Source: an uncultured Acidimicrobiales bacterium
GTDB lineage: Bacteria > Actinomycetota > Acidimicrobiia > Acidimicrobiales > SZUA-35
DNA: 64,000 bases
Assembly: GCA_937922805.1 (NCBI GenBank)
Contig: CALAJV010000008.1
Coordinates: 15,475 to 79,474 of the forward strand
Reading direction: 5' to 3'
The notes beneath the pieces were generated by a model. That model was not told the DNA's origin. It searched no databases and was given only the letters and a program-made list of their open reading frames with translations. Numbering within the stretch: position 1 is the stretch's first letter; each line of letters begins with the position of its first letter. Made by a program: the position numbers and the translations under genes. Below, piece after piece: positions 8,566-18,665 of the stretch.

Positions 8566-9993
8566 GTGACTCAGAAACCGAAGGTGACCGTGGTTGGGGC
8601 AGGCCCAAATGGGCTCGCCGCGGCCATCACCGTGGCCCGTGCTGGCTATTCGGTGCAGGTTCTTGAAGCCAACGACACGATTGGTGGGGCGTGCCGATCC
8701 GAGCAGTTAACTGAACCCGGTTTCGTTCACGACGTCGGCTCGGCCATCCACCCCCTCGCTGTTTGTTCACCGTTTATGCAGACCATCCGCTGGGCCGATC
8801 ATGGCTTATCGTGGGTTTATTCGCCCGCTAGTGTGGCCCACCCTTTGGATGGTGGGCGAGCAGCGATCGGTTGGCGCAGTCTTGACCAGACGGCCGAAGG
8901 TCTTGGGGTTGACGGCCGGCGGTATCGGCAGTTATTCAAGCCGCTAGTCGACCGCTTCGACGAGTTGGTGCAGCTGACCATGCAACGACCGGCAGCGATG
9001 GCACGTTCGCCTTTGTCGGCTACCCGGTTTGGTCCGCTGCTGTCTCTCCCGGCATCGGTTACCGCCAAGATGTTCAAAACCGATGAAGCCAAGGCCTTAT
9101 TCGCTGGCCATTCGGCCCATTCGATTGTGCCATTAACCAAACCGTTAACGTCTGGATTTGGGGCGCTGCTGGGCGCGGCCGCCCACGCTGTTGGTTGGCC
9201 GTTCCCTGCGGGTGGTGCCAACGAGATCGCCCGGGTGCTTAGCGAAGTTTTGGTCGACTTGGGCGGCGACATCGTTACCAGCCACCGTGTGGCGTCGGTG
9301 GCTGACCTGCCAGGAAGTGATTCAACCATCTTCGCCCTCACCCCTCGACAGATAGAACGTATCGCTGGCGATCAGTTTTCCGCTCGCTCTCGGCGTAGTT
9401 TGACCAAGTTTCGCTACGGCCCCGGCGTGTGCAAAGTGGACTTCGCCACTAGCAGCCCGATTCCTTGGGCCAATCCCGACGTCGCTCAGGCGGCGACGGT
9501 CCACCTTGGCGGCACGTTCGAACAGGTCCAGCAGGCGGAAGCGGTGGTTGGAGACGGCGACCACGCCGAGACCCCGTTTGTGCTGTTGGCTCAACACACG
9601 CCGTTCGATCCGACGAGGGCTCCAAGCGGCCATCATACGGTTTGGGCGTATTGCCATGTGCCAAACGGTTCGACCGTCGACCAGAGCGACGTTATCGAGG
9701 ACCAAATCGAACGGTTCGCTCCCGGATTCAAACAGACAGTTCTAGCCAGACACGTCTCTCTAACCCACGATTTAGAAGCGGGGAATGCCAACCTTGTTGG
9801 TGGCGACGTTGGCGGCGGAAGCTACGTGAACCTACAAGCTGTGGCCCGACCGCGGCTAGCACTCCGCCCCCACACCTTGGCCGTTCCCGGGTTCTTTATT
9901 GGGTCGGCTAGCGCTTCTCCCGGGGCCGGAGTTCACGGCATGGGCGGGCATCTCGCGGCAAAAGACGCCATGCGGTATTTGGCCAGCCTGTAG
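8566..9993 (+). CDS. NAD(P)/FAD-dependent oxidoreductase (phytoene desaturase/CrtI-related, COG1233-like)
   Basis: Dinucleotide-binding N-terminus 'KVTVVGAGPNGLAAAITVARAGYSVQVLEANDTIGGACRS' and C-terminal 'GSASASPGAGVHGMGG'. Confidence 0.8.
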   Translation: MTQKPKVTVVGAGPNGLAAAITVARAGYSVQVLEANDTIGGACRSEQLTEPGFVHDVGSAIHPLAVCSPFMQTIRWADHGLSWVYSPASVAHPLDGGRAAIGWRSLDQTAEGLGVDGRRYRQLFKPLVDRFDELVQLTMQRPAAMARSPLSATRFGPLLSLPASVTAKMFKTDEAKALFAGHSAHSIVPLTKPLTSGFGALLGAAAHAVGWPFPAGGANEIARVLSEVLVDLGGDIVTSHRVASVADLPGSDSTIFALTPRQIERIAGDQFSARSRRSLTKFRYGPGVCKVDFATSSPIPWANPDVAQAATVHLGGTFEQVQQAEAVVGDGDHAETPFVLLAQHTPFDPTRAPSGHHTVWAYCHVPNGSTVDQSDVIEDQIERFAPGFKQTVLARHVSLTHDLEAGNANLVGGDVGGGSYVNLQAVARPRLALRPHTLAVPGFFIGSASASPGAGVHGMGGHLAAKDAMRYLASL

Positions 9994-10079
9994 GCTCGGA
10001 TCGACCGGAAACCCCGGGCGGCGCAGGAGCCGCCAGGTCTAGCAGGTGAACGCACGCCGAACAGAGAGCTGAACGACTC

Positions 10080-11279
10080 ATGAGTAGAGAAACGTTTTAC
10101 GACAAGGTCGACGCCACCTTGGACCAAATTCGAGATGATGGGCTTTGGAAAACTGAGCGGGCCATTGTGTCGCCCCAAGCTGGGTCAGTTGAGGTTGATG
10201 GCGTCGGCAAGGTGCTGAACTTTTGTGCCAACAACTATCTGGGCTTGGCGAACCATCCCGACATCATTGCCGGAGCGAACCAGGCGATGGCCGAAAACGG
10301 TTATGGCATGGCTTCAGTTCGGTTCATTTGCGGGACGCTCGACATTCACCGGTTGCTGGAACAAGAAATTGCTTCGTATGTGAATACCGACGACAGCATT
10401 TTGTTCGCCGCGTGTTTTGATGCCAATGGCGGCGTGTTCGAACCGCTACTCGGCGCCGAGGATGCGATAATTTCCGATTCGTTGAATCACGCGTCAATCA
10501 TTGACGGTGTCCGGTTGTGTAAAGCGCAGCGGTTCCGGTTCGAGACAAGAAGCATGGATGATCTTCGGGCTCAGCTGGTGGCGGCTGACGCCGCCGGGGT
10601 CAACACGAAACTGATCGTGACCGACGGCGTCTTTTCGATGGACGGCTATGTTGCCGACTTGGCCTCGATTTGCACCTTGGCCGACGAATTCGATGCTCTG
10701 GTAATGGTCGACGATTGTCACGCCACCGGCTTCATCGGACCTCAGGGCCGGGGAACTCCGGCACTACACGGCGTTGCCGATCGGGTTGATATTGTCACCA
10801 GCACGTTGGGCAAGGCGTTGGGTGGCGCAATGGGCGGGTTTGTAGCGGCCCGGCAAAACATCGTCGACCTGCTTCGGCAACGAGCTCGACCTTATCTATT
10901 TTCGAACGCGCTCAGCCCCGCTCATGTGGGCGGCGCCCGAGTTGCGTTGAGCATGGCGCTCGAAGCCGACGATCGTCGAGCGCAACTTGTGTCTAACGCC
11001 GAGCGGTTCCGATCAGCGATGACTACAGCCGGGTTCGAACTGACCGGACAAAGTCACCCAATCATCCCGGTCATGTTGGGAGACGCAAAAGTAGCGGGCG
11101 ACATGGCAACCCAATTGATCGAGCATGGCGTCTACGTGACTGCGTTTTCGTATCCGGTTGTTCCCATGGGCTTAGCCAGAATCCGAACTCAAATGAACGC
11201 GTCGCATACCGACGCCGAGATTGATCGAACCGTCGAAGCCTTTGTTGCTGTCGGCCGTGAACTGAAAGTTATTGGATGA
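10080..11279 (+). CDS. kbl: Glycine C-acetyltransferase (2-amino-3-ketobutyrate CoA ligase)
   Basis: 'LNFCANNYLGLANHP' and the PLP-lysine region 'IVTSTLGKALGGAMGG'. A 4-nt overlap couples it to the tdh gene that follows. Confidence 0.9.
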   Translation: MSRETFYDKVDATLDQIRDDGLWKTERAIVSPQAGSVEVDGVGKVLNFCANNYLGLANHPDIIAGANQAMAENGYGMASVRFICGTLDIHRLLEQEIASYVNTDDSILFAACFDANGGVFEPLLGAEDAIISDSLNHASIIDGVRLCKAQRFRFETRSMDDLRAQLVAADAAGVNTKLIVTDGVFSMDGYVADLASICTLADEFDALVMVDDCHATGFIGPQGRGTPALHGVADRVDIVTSTLGKALGGAMGGFVAARQNIVDLLRQRARPYLFSNALSPAHVGGARVALSMALEADDRRAQLVSNAERFRSAMTTAGFELTGQSHPIIPVMLGDAKVAGDMATQLIEHGVYVTAFSYPVVPMGLARIRTQMNASHTDAEIDRTVEAFVAVGRELKVIG

Positions 11280-12301
11280 AAGCTCTGGTCAAAACCGAGA
11301 GGGCCCCTGGGCTTTCCTTAGTCGACGTTGACGAACCCGAGGTCGGCCCGGCCGACGTGCTAATCGAGGTAACTCACGCCGCTATTTGCGGCACTGATTT
11401 ACACATCTATCAGTGGGACGAGTGGGCCCAGGAAACGTTGCAGCCTCCGGTGACGATCGGGCATGAGTTTATGGGCAAAGTTGTGGCTACTGGCGAGATG
11501 GTTACCGACATCGTGATCGGTCAACGGGTGGCCGGGGAAGGTCACATCATTTGCGGCAAATGCCGAAACTGTAGATCGGGTGACGGACATTTATGCCGAG
11601 ACACTAAAGGAGTTGGCATTCATAGAAACGGCGGCTTCGCCGAACGCGTGGTGATTCCAGCTGAGAACGCTTACCCGGTTCCCGATTCGATCACCGACGA
11701 GGTGGCGGCCGTGCTCGACCCGTTAGGCAACGCCGTCCATAGTGCCTTGTCATTTGACCTTGTTGGGGAGGATGTGCTCATAACTGGGGCCGGGCCGATC
11801 GGGCAGATGGCGGCCGCCGTTTGCCGTCATGCCGGGGCCCGCCACGTTGTCATCACCGATGTGAAACAGTCGCGTTTAGCCACCGCTGTACAAATGGGTG
11901 CCACCAGAGGGGTTCTTGCCGGCGAAGAAAACCTCCGCGAAGCAATGGATGAGCTTGGCATGACCGAAGGGTTCGACATTGCGCTGGAAATGTCGGGTAG
12001 CCCGCATGCCTTGAACGATGTTGTCTCCGTAATCAACCATGGGGGCAAGATCGGTTTGCTTGGGTTGTTTTCTTCCGATGCGACGATCGATGTGAACCAA
12101 GTAATATTCAAGGGGTTGTCGATCAAAGGCATTTACGGTCGAGAAATGTTCGACACGTGGTACAAGGCAACGGCGATGCTCAACTCTGGCTTGGACGTGA
12201 CACCTCTTATAAGTCACCGGTTTCCGATAGCTGACTACGAGCAGGCGTTCGAGGCGTTGGCGGCTGGTGAGGCCAGCAAGATTCTGCTTCAGATCAGTTA
12301 G
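11276..12301 (+). CDS. tdh: L-threonine 3-dehydrogenase (Zn-dependent MDR)
   Basis: 'ICGTDLHIYQWDEWAQ', 'GHEFMGKVV', the structural-Zn Cys cluster 'CGKCRNCRSGDGHLC' and 'GAGPIGQMAAAV'. It forms an operon with kbl. Confidence 0.92.
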   Translation: MKALVKTERAPGLSLVDVDEPEVGPADVLIEVTHAAICGTDLHIYQWDEWAQETLQPPVTIGHEFMGKVVATGEMVTDIVIGQRVAGEGHIICGKCRNCRSGDGHLCRDTKGVGIHRNGGFAERVVIPAENAYPVPDSITDEVAAVLDPLGNAVHSALSFDLVGEDVLITGAGPIGQMAAAVCRHAGARHVVITDVKQSRLATAVQMGATRGVLAGEENLREAMDELGMTEGFDIALEMSGSPHALNDVVSVINHGGKIGLLGLFSSDATIDVNQVIFKGLSIKGIYGREMFDTWYKATAMLNSGLDVTPLISHRFPIADYEQAFEALAAGEASKILLQIS

Positions 12302-12429
12302 CGGTCGAATAAATCTCACGCACCGACGACTGTCTTAGTCGCTGGTTCTACCTGCTCGTCTTCAACGCCTACTAAGGTAGACGGAACCGCACCTACGACT
12401 AGTGGCGCGAATCAGCGAGGCGAAGCTCT

Positions 12430-13044
12430 ATGTCAACCGAACTAGTGACAACCGAAATGCTATTTGTCCGTCATGGGCAATCAACGTGGAATGCGCTGAA
12501 GCGTTGGCAGGGCCAAGCCGACCCTCCTCTGTCAGAGTTCGGAGAAGAACAAGCGGGCATGGCCGCCAAATCGGTCGGGCAAGTCGACGTTGTGATCGCT
12601 TCACCGTTGGAACGAGCGTTGGCGACAGCCTCGATCATCGGAGCCCAGATCGGGGTAGGCCCGGTCCAAGTCGTCGATGGCCTAAAGGAACGAGATTCGG
12701 GTCAATGGTCGGGATTAACCCGAGTCGAAATTGAACAGAAGTGGCCGGGTTGGGTCGACAGCGACCGGCGGCCAGAAGGCTGGGAGTACAACAAAGATCT
12801 TGTACCGAGAATTCTCGAAGCGGTCGAATCGATTGCGGCAGAGTTCCCTGGCGCCACCGCTCTGGTAGTTAGCCACGGCGGAGTGATTATCGAACTGGAA
12901 GATCACCTTGGGGTGAATGAGGCTCGTATCCCAAACCTGCATGGTCGAATTGTCCGTCACACGGCAAACGGTTTGACTGCCGGCGATCGGCTGGAACTCA
13001 TACCAGCCGACATGCGCACAGGAGGCGAAAGTAAACGAGTATGA
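12430..13044 (+). CDS. Histidine phosphatase family protein (phosphoglycerate mutase-like)
   Basis: Catalytic 'LFVRHGQSTWNA' RHG motif, and 'VVSHGGVI' near the C-terminus. Confidence 0.85.
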   Translation: MSTELVTTEMLFVRHGQSTWNALKRWQGQADPPLSEFGEEQAGMAAKSVGQVDVVIASPLERALATASIIGAQIGVGPVQVVDGLKERDSGQWSGLTRVEIEQKWPGWVDSDRRPEGWEYNKDLVPRILEAVESIAAEFPGATALVVSHGGVIIELEDHLGVNEARIPNLHGRIVRHTANGLTAGDRLELIPADMRTGGESKRV

Positions 13045-13724
13045 CTTCTGGTGTGGCGGATCAGTTGAGCCTGATCGAACTTCTCATCCCGACTGAAGAG
13101 TCTGAACAAGTAGCACAGGAGCCCAAGGGTGAGCCTCAACTCAACGTTGAACCTCAACCTGCACTGCTCCATAACGACGAGTTATCCAGTGCCGCAGATC
13201 CCGGACCAGCGTCGCTCGAGGAAGACGACCCTGGGTATGTGCCACTTCTTGAACCGCTTACGCCTGTGGTTACTCGAAGCAGGAAGCGAAAGAAGACAGC
13301 CGAAGCGCAGCTGGCTGGCTCGGTAGTGAGCATCAAGATCCCAGCCGATTGCACGGCCGACGAAGAACAGTTTTTCGTTGACCACTTCATCAAGAAGTTC
13401 GAGCGGACGAGGGCCGCCAACGGGGTCAACCTGGCCAGTCGGGCGAAGAAGCTGGCGAAAGAGTTTGGTCTGCCCGTTCCTCAGAGTATTCGTTGGGTAT
13501 CGAACCAAAAACATCAGTGGGGTTCGTGTACCCCGGTCGATAGCTCAATTCGGATTTCCGATCGGCTAGCCGGGTTCCCCACTTGGGTTATCGATTATGT
13601 GATCGTGCATGAGCTGGCGCACTTGCTCATCGTCGACCACAGCCCCGAATTTTGGGCGCTAGTAAACGCCTACCCGAAAACTGAGCGGGCTCGCGGCTAT
13701 TTGCTGGCGAAGGAAGATGTTTGA
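13041..13724 (+). CDS. YgjP/DUF45-type (M48/SprT-like) metal-dependent hydrolase
   Basis: 'WGSCTPVDSSIRISDRLAGFPTWVIDYVIVHELAHL' contains the HExxH-type zinc motif typical of DUF45. It overlaps the preceding gene by 4 nt. Confidence 0.8.
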   Translation: MTSGVADQLSLIELLIPTEESEQVAQEPKGEPQLNVEPQPALLHNDELSSAADPGPASLEEDDPGYVPLLEPLTPVVTRSRKRKKTAEAQLAGSVVSIKIPADCTADEEQFFVDHFIKKFERTRAANGVNLASRAKKLAKEFGLPVPQSIRWVSNQKHQWGSCTPVDSSIRISDRLAGFPTWVIDYVIVHELAHLLIVDHSPEFWALVNAYPKTERARGYLLAKEDV

Positions 13725-13805
13725 CTCTGGCTGCACGTTGAGTCAGTTTGATCGCTGCGGCTACTTCCTGCGGTTACTGCCTGGCTCGTTACGGCCTGGC
13801 TCGGT

Positions 13806-16112
13806 TTAGGTAGCGGGAGCGCTTAGTTGTCTTTCGTCTTCGTCGCCGTAGAGCGGTTCGTTGTCTAGAGCTTCCAACCGGGCGTCGATCTCGTCCAACT
13901 CAAGGGCCATGGTTCGCAGATTTTCCATGGTTGGCAGTGGTTGCGGTGTGTCTTGGTCGGAGTCGGTTTCGATTGCCGCACCGCCGACCGGGGTGATGCC
14001 ATCACCGCTACCTTCGGCCTCATCACCGACGTCAGCCCCATCGCCGTTGCCGGCTTGGCTGTCGGTGTGATCGCTGGCGTCGTCGTTGTCCGAATCGGAC
14101 TCGGCGGCGTCGTCAACTGACATGGACGCAGCCGTCGATTGGTCGGCGGAGTCAGGTGTGGTTGGTTGACTGTCGCTTGGCCGCGAATCCGGAGAGGATG
14201 AGAATCGGTGGAGTGCTCCAGCAGTGAACAAGCCGGGCCCGGTTTTTGCTTGGGCCTCCTGGGCAACATCTTCGTCTTCGTCTGTGTCTGCGTGTTCTTG
14301 GTCTTGTTCGGAGCCTTGATCAGCTTGGGCCGGTTGTTCGAAGCCCTGCTTTCCAAGCTGAGCTACTTCTAAGGTGTCGTCGGCTTCGTCGTTGGCTGGT
14401 TGTTCGTCGCCTGTTGCCGGCTCGTCGTCGGTTCCGTGCTCGATGGCTGGTTGTTCGTCGCCTGTTGTCGGCTCGTCGTCGGTTCCGTGCTCGTTGGCTG
14501 GCTGTTCGTCGTCGGTTCCGTGCTCGTTGCCAGCATTGGCTTCGGAGTCATCGGCAGGGTCTTCGGGTTCATCTGTTGGTTGCTCATATCCGACGTACCC
14601 TGCGTCGGCTAGGTCGACCACGCCGAGATCAACCCACGGTGTCTCGTCTTCTGATTCGTCGTCGCCCAGGTAGCCAACGATGCCGACGTCGACGCCGTGA
14701 TCCTCTGACTCCTCTGACTGTTGGAATTGTTCTGCGTCGCCGAGCTGGCTGTTGTTGGTGGAATTCGCCGAGTCATCGCTGGTCGAGCGTTCCTCATCAG
14801 TTCCGTCACCGTTGTTGGTGTTTGCAGCTTCGAATTCGCGTTCAGCATTGTCCACGTCGGCTACATCAGCGTGATCAGGATCTACATCATCCTCATCGAC
14901 AACTGCAACCCGATCGTCTTCGCCGCTCATAGCTTCAAACTCGCTATCGATATCGTCTTCGGTGCCGGCTCCGACTTGATCGCCATGGCCGCTCATAGTC
15001 TCAAATTCTCCGTCAACATCGTCTTGATCGGTGACGTCCAACTCGTCAACGGCCGCGGCAACATCATCGTTCTCATCAACGCCAGCTTCAATGGTTTCGC
15101 CTCTGTCGGCTACGCCTCGACCGACCTCATCGTCTCTGTCGGCTACGTCTGCGGTGGCTTCATCGTCTGCGTCTTCATCAGCGGTTCGGTCTGCATCAAC
15201 GGTGGCTTCATCGCCTGCGTCTGTCGTGGCTTCATCGTCAGCGTCTTCATCAGCGGTACCGTCTGTATCAACGGTGGTTTCATCGGCTACGTCTTCATCA
15301 GCTGTGTTCTTATCGGTGCTGGCTTGTGCGGTGATGCTCTGTTCAGTTGTGTCGGCTTCGTTCGGGTTCTCAGATTCGAGGGCGTCGCCTTGGGAAGCGT
15401 CAACCGGCAACTCGATCTGATCTTCACTTGCTTCAGCTTGGTCGAAACTACCTGTGTCCTGGTTCGGTGAGCCGCCTTCATTTTCCGGGGCAGCTGCGCC
15501 GTCGACGGAAACGATTTCGTCGTCGCTTTCGTGAAGATCAGAGTCTGTGCTGGTTATGTGGTCGGCGTTGAACTGAGGGTTCGGTGTGGTGGCGTGAGGT
15601 TGGACGACATGGCTCTGTTGAGCAACTTGTTCGTCGTCTGTTGGTTCGGCATCGGCGAGCCATTGCTCGGCATCGACGGTGGGAGCGTGGGCTCGCTCGG
15701 GTGTCGGCTCTGGATTTCCATCGTTGGGGACTTGGGCCATGACGGGCTCGGTTTCCTGACTTATTGTTTCGTAGGTTACTTCATCCGATGCTGAATTTTC
15801 AGCATCTTCGCCGCCATGATTTGTTTCTTGACTTAGCTGGTGATTCGGCTGTTCGTCCGACGTGCTCTGTGGTTGAACTGCTCGTTCGTGGTCAGCGGGA
15901 AGAACGTTTTCTTCTTCTGCCAGTTCGCCTGCGTCCAAGTTTTGGCTTGCTGCTGATGTCGCTGCTTCAAGCTTTTGCGCTCGCCGGCGAGCCAAGATGC
16001 CATTCTTGCCCCACGGCGAGAGGGATTGCACTGCTCGAATCATCCGTTGAACCCAGTTGAGCTTTGGGGTCGGGGTTGAAAAATTCAGATCATTGCTATC
16101 CATCAGTGCCAC
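13806..16112 (-). CDS. Extremely acidic, low-complexity repeat protein (768 aa) with short basic N-terminus and helical C-terminal tail
   Basis: A long uninterrupted ORF with coherent D/E/T/A/Q-rich composition. It contains in-frame tandem repeats, for example the 17-aa unit 'EHGTDDEP(T/A)TGDEQPA' encoded by a 51-bp DNA repeat at about 14394-14530. It lies 18 bp downstream of the lipoprotein gene on the same strand. No recognisable domain. Confidence 0.6.
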   Translation of the reverse strand: MALMDSNDLNFSTPTPKLNWVQRMIRAVQSLSPWGKNGILARRRAQKLEAATSAASQNLDAGELAEEENVLPADHERAVQPQSTSDEQPNHQLSQETNHGGEDAENSASDEVTYETISQETEPVMAQVPNDGNPEPTPERAHAPTVDAEQWLADAEPTDDEQVAQQSHVVQPHATTPNPQFNADHITSTDSDLHESDDEIVSVDGAAAPENEGGSPNQDTGSFDQAEASEDQIELPVDASQGDALESENPNEADTTEQSITAQASTDKNTADEDVADETTVDTDGTADEDADDEATTDAGDEATVDADRTADEDADDEATADVADRDDEVGRGVADRGETIEAGVDENDDVAAAVDELDVTDQDDVDGEFETMSGHGDQVGAGTEDDIDSEFEAMSGEDDRVAVVDEDDVDPDHADVADVDNAEREFEAANTNNGDGTDEERSTSDDSANSTNNSQLGDAEQFQQSEESEDHGVDVGIVGYLGDDESEDETPWVDLGVVDLADAGYVGYEQPTDEPEDPADDSEANAGNEHGTDDEQPANEHGTDDEPTTGDEQPAIEHGTDDEPATGDEQPANDEADDTLEVAQLGKQGFEQPAQADQGSEQDQEHADTDEDEDVAQEAQAKTGPGLFTAGALHRFSSSPDSRPSDSQPTTPDSADQSTAASMSVDDAAESDSDNDDASDHTDSQAGNGDGADVGDEAEGSGDGITPVGGAAIETDSDQDTPQPLPTMENLRTMALELDEIDARLEALDNEPLYGDEDERQLSAPAT

Positions 16113-16130
16113 GGATTTCGACTCTACCGG

Positions 16131-17378
16131 TTAGGTCGCGATGTCGAGCGGTATCCGGGCGAACGACACGGTCTGGATCCCGTCGCCGAGCGGAGCGACC
16201 GGAATTTCTCGACTGCCGGGCGCAATATCGAGAATTGTGACCGTTTCCCCGCTCTCGGAGGCTTCGCTATCGTCGGCCGCTTCGTCGGTTTGAGATGCTT
16301 GGGAAATTTTCTTGTAAGCGATCCGTTCACCGTCGAATGTGAGACTGGTTACTTGATCTCGATCTTCACCAATTTTGAGACCGAGGATCGATGCGTTGGT
16401 CAGCAGCTCGAACGCCACTACTTCGGTTGCTTCTTCGGTGCCATCATCTCGGTAGGTGACGAGGGTGTAGACGACGGCGCCACCGTCGGGGCTAATGTCG
16501 ATCGCTCCGAACGCTGGCCGCCCGGGAAACGTGCACTCTGGAGCTTCGGTGTTTAGCAGGTCGAGCTGGTCGCCGTTGGCGTTGTAGAAGCGAATCTCAC
16601 CGCATTGTTCGTCTTGAACAATCACTGCTTGCAGGTCGCGGCTGGCGGCGAAGTCAACAACTTTTTCACCTTCAGCTAAGTTGATGTGGTTTTGGCGTTG
16701 CCGGGCTTGACCGTCTCGTTCGGAGACGAGCTGGATCCAGTCGATTTGGGTTTCGCCCAGTTGGACGAACGCCCGTGGCGCTCCGTCCCAGAATCCAACG
16801 TCGAGCAACGCAACTTGCTCATCGACGAGTACTTCGGGTTCCCGCTGCGATTGAAGGTAGATCACGCTCGAGTTGGCGTCTTGCACAACCAAGCCGCCGC
16901 CTAAATCGTCGACCGCTTTGATTACCGTAAATTCACTGAGCGGACTTTCAATTAACTCGGTGAGCCCTTCGCTGTCGGCCTGAAGGATTCGATCCTCTCC
17001 GCTTATTATTAGGTCTGCGATGTAATCCTCAGCCGCGGTTGGCACCGCTGCGCTGGCCGCCACCTGCTCCGACGAGTCAGTTTCGCCGGGGCGGATCACT
17101 AGCTGGGAGTCAGTTTGGGCTTCGGAGCGGGGGACGCTGCTCGTCGACGACGAAGCCGAGAAACCCTCTGGTTGCTCCAGTTCCGCGCAAGCACCAACGA
17201 TCAAGGCCAAAGTAACCAAGCCAGCGATCACTTTGATCGAGCGTGCGAATTGAGCGGGAACTCTCACGCCCCCCATCGTGGCAGGAACAACGCCGAAGGA
17301 GGCGGCACGACGGGCCAAACCAACAAAAAACCTGGCAAAACTAGACTGATCGAGCGCCTCAGGCACGTAACAAGTCAA
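16131..17378 (-). CDS. Putative lipoprotein with TolB/PD40-like beta-propeller repeats
   Basis: The likely start is the ATG at 17276 ('MGGVRVPAQFARSIKVIAGLVTLALIVGAC', lipobox-like VGAC). 'DISPDGGAVVY' and 'FDGERIAY'-type strands suggest PD40-like blades. The function is unknown. Confidence 0.5.
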   Translation of the reverse strand: MTCYVPEALDQSSFARFFVGLARRAASFGVVPATMGGVRVPAQFARSIKVIAGLVTLALIVGACAELEQPEGFSASSSTSSVPRSEAQTDSQLVIRPGETDSSEQVAASAAVPTAAEDYIADLIISGEDRILQADSEGLTELIESPLSEFTVIKAVDDLGGGLVVQDANSSVIYLQSQREPEVLVDEQVALLDVGFWDGAPRAFVQLGETQIDWIQLVSERDGQARQRQNHINLAEGEKVVDFAASRDLQAVIVQDEQCGEIRFYNANGDQLDLLNTEAPECTFPGRPAFGAIDISPDGGAVVYTLVTYRDDGTEEATEVVAFELLTNASILGLKIGEDRDQVTSLTFDGERIAYKKISQASQTDEAADDSEASESGETVTILDIAPGSREIPVAPLGDGIQTVSFARIPLDIAT

Positions 17379-17432
17379 AGACTCCCGAAAAAGACCATAC
17401 GGAACGCCCGATTTCCAGCTAGTCTCACTTTC

Positions 17433-17507
17433 GCCCCTGTGGCGCAGTCCGGTTAGCGCAGTGGACTTTTAATCCATTGGTCCTGGGTTCGAATCCCAGC
17501 GGGGGCA
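17433..17507 (+). tRNA. tRNA-Lys (anticodon UUU)
   Basis: Manual cloverleaf fold. Acceptor gcccctg/cgggggc (one G-U pair). D-stem gcgc/gcgc. Anticodon stem gtgga/tccat with loop c-t-TTT-a-a. 5-nt variable loop. T-arm ctggg-ttcgaat-cccag. Discriminator a. CCA is not encoded. Confidence 0.9.
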
Positions 17508-17822
17508 CTGCCAAATCCTTCTCCTGGAGCGGCTAAAACCGGTAGATCGAGCGTGCCGTCTCGTACCACCAAACCCCCCAAAATCCCGCCAACCCCTCTC
17601 AGTTGTGAGCAGAGATCTGTGTTGTCCCGATTCATGATTGAATTTCATGGGCTTGGAAATCGCGGTACCAGTTTGATCCAGAAAATGCAGCCGCTTAGTA
17701 TCAGAATCTGAGTACCCCACGCCGCTTACTTGCAGATCTGTATCCCGAGGATTCTCTGAAGAAGATGTTCTGGAGCCCCTTTGTCTCGAAGCGTCCCCTA
17801 AGAGATTGGGCCGGACGAAAAA

Positions 17823-18665
17823 ATGCAGCCTGAAGCAAGTCGACTTCGGACGAGACTAAATGATGATCGTGATTCGGACTGGGAAAACTATGAGTCTTTT
17901 AAGAAACGGGCCCAAGGCCCAATGCTGCTGCTGTCGCTGTTGTTGGTTCCGATCGTTGTGCTTCCGATCGCCGAGGATCTAAGTCCGATCGCACTTCGCT
18001 CTGTCGAGATCTTGGCTGCGGGAATATGGGGAGCGTTTCTCATCGAGTACCTCGTTCTTTTGTTTTTGGCACCGCAAAAAGTTCTCATGATCAAAAAACA
18101 CAAAGTTGATCTTGTTTTGCTCGTTCTCCCATTTTTTAGACTCGCTCGCATTGTCCGATTGTTGAGGCTCGTCCTCTATGGTTCAGCTGGTTCGACCGCC
18201 GCCAACGCAGTGCGTAAAATGGCGGAGCGGCCTGGGTTTCTGAAAGTTCTGACAGCAAGTTTCGTCTCGATAGCCGTTAGCGGGGGCCTTGTGTCAATTG
18301 CCGAGCATGGTCAGGCGAATAGCACCATCGATGGGCCAGCAGACGGTGTTTGGTGGGCAATCGTGACCTCCTCGACAGTCGGGTACGGCGACGAATTTCC
18401 AGTGACAGCTACAGGCCGGGTCATCGCCGTCTTTCTGATGTTGGTAGGTGTCGCGATCCTGTCGATTGTTACGGCCAACGTGGCTGCCGCCTTCGTCGAA
18501 GAATCAGCTGATCAAGACAACCAGCTCGACCGAATCGAGAAAGAGCTCGTGGCGATAAGAAAGTTTCTTGAGCCCAGAAAGGCGGATTCGTTGTTAGATA
18601 GTTCATTTTCTCCAGATCCGACAGCTGAGGTTCACAAAGACACAGAGATAGTTGACCTTCGGTAA
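17823..18665 (+). CDS. Voltage-gated-type potassium channel (ion transport family)
   Basis: K+ selectivity filter 'TSSTVGYGDEFP', an S4-like 'FFRLARIVRLLRLV' segment, and flanking TM helices. The gene is visibly more AT-rich than its surroundings, for example around 18040-18180. Confidence 0.85.
   Translation: MQPEASRLRTRLNDDRDSDWENYESFKKRAQGPMLLLSLLLVPIVVLPIAEDLSPIALRSVEILAAGIWGAFLIEYLVLLFLAPQKVLMIKKHKVDLVLLVLPFFRLARIVRLLRLVLYGSAGSTAANAVRKMAERPGFLKVLTASFVSIAVSGGLVSIAEHGQANSTIDGPADGVWWAIVTSSTVGYGDEFPVTATGRVIAVFLMLVGVAILSIVTANVAAAFVEESADQDNQLDRIEKELVAIRKFLEPRKADSLLDSSFSPDPTAEVHKDTEIVDLR

Noticed and set aside
7919-8569. 216-aa plus-strand ORF spanning the antisense of the CdsA-like and MoaD-like genes.
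   Set aside because: It crosses two well-formed minus-strand genes, including the clear MoaD motif, and has Arg/Ser/Pro-rich shadow composition.
13861-15794. Numerous 60-250-aa ORFs on both strands overlapping the acidic-protein gene, for example 14246-14932 (+), 14721-15470 (+) and 13865-14356 (-).
   Set aside because: They are frame and antisense shadows of a low-complexity GA(C/T)/GA(A/G)-rich repeat gene. Their translations are Arg/Ser/Cys/Val-rich nonsense with no starts in a sensible context. Only the 768-aa minus-strand frame is continuous.
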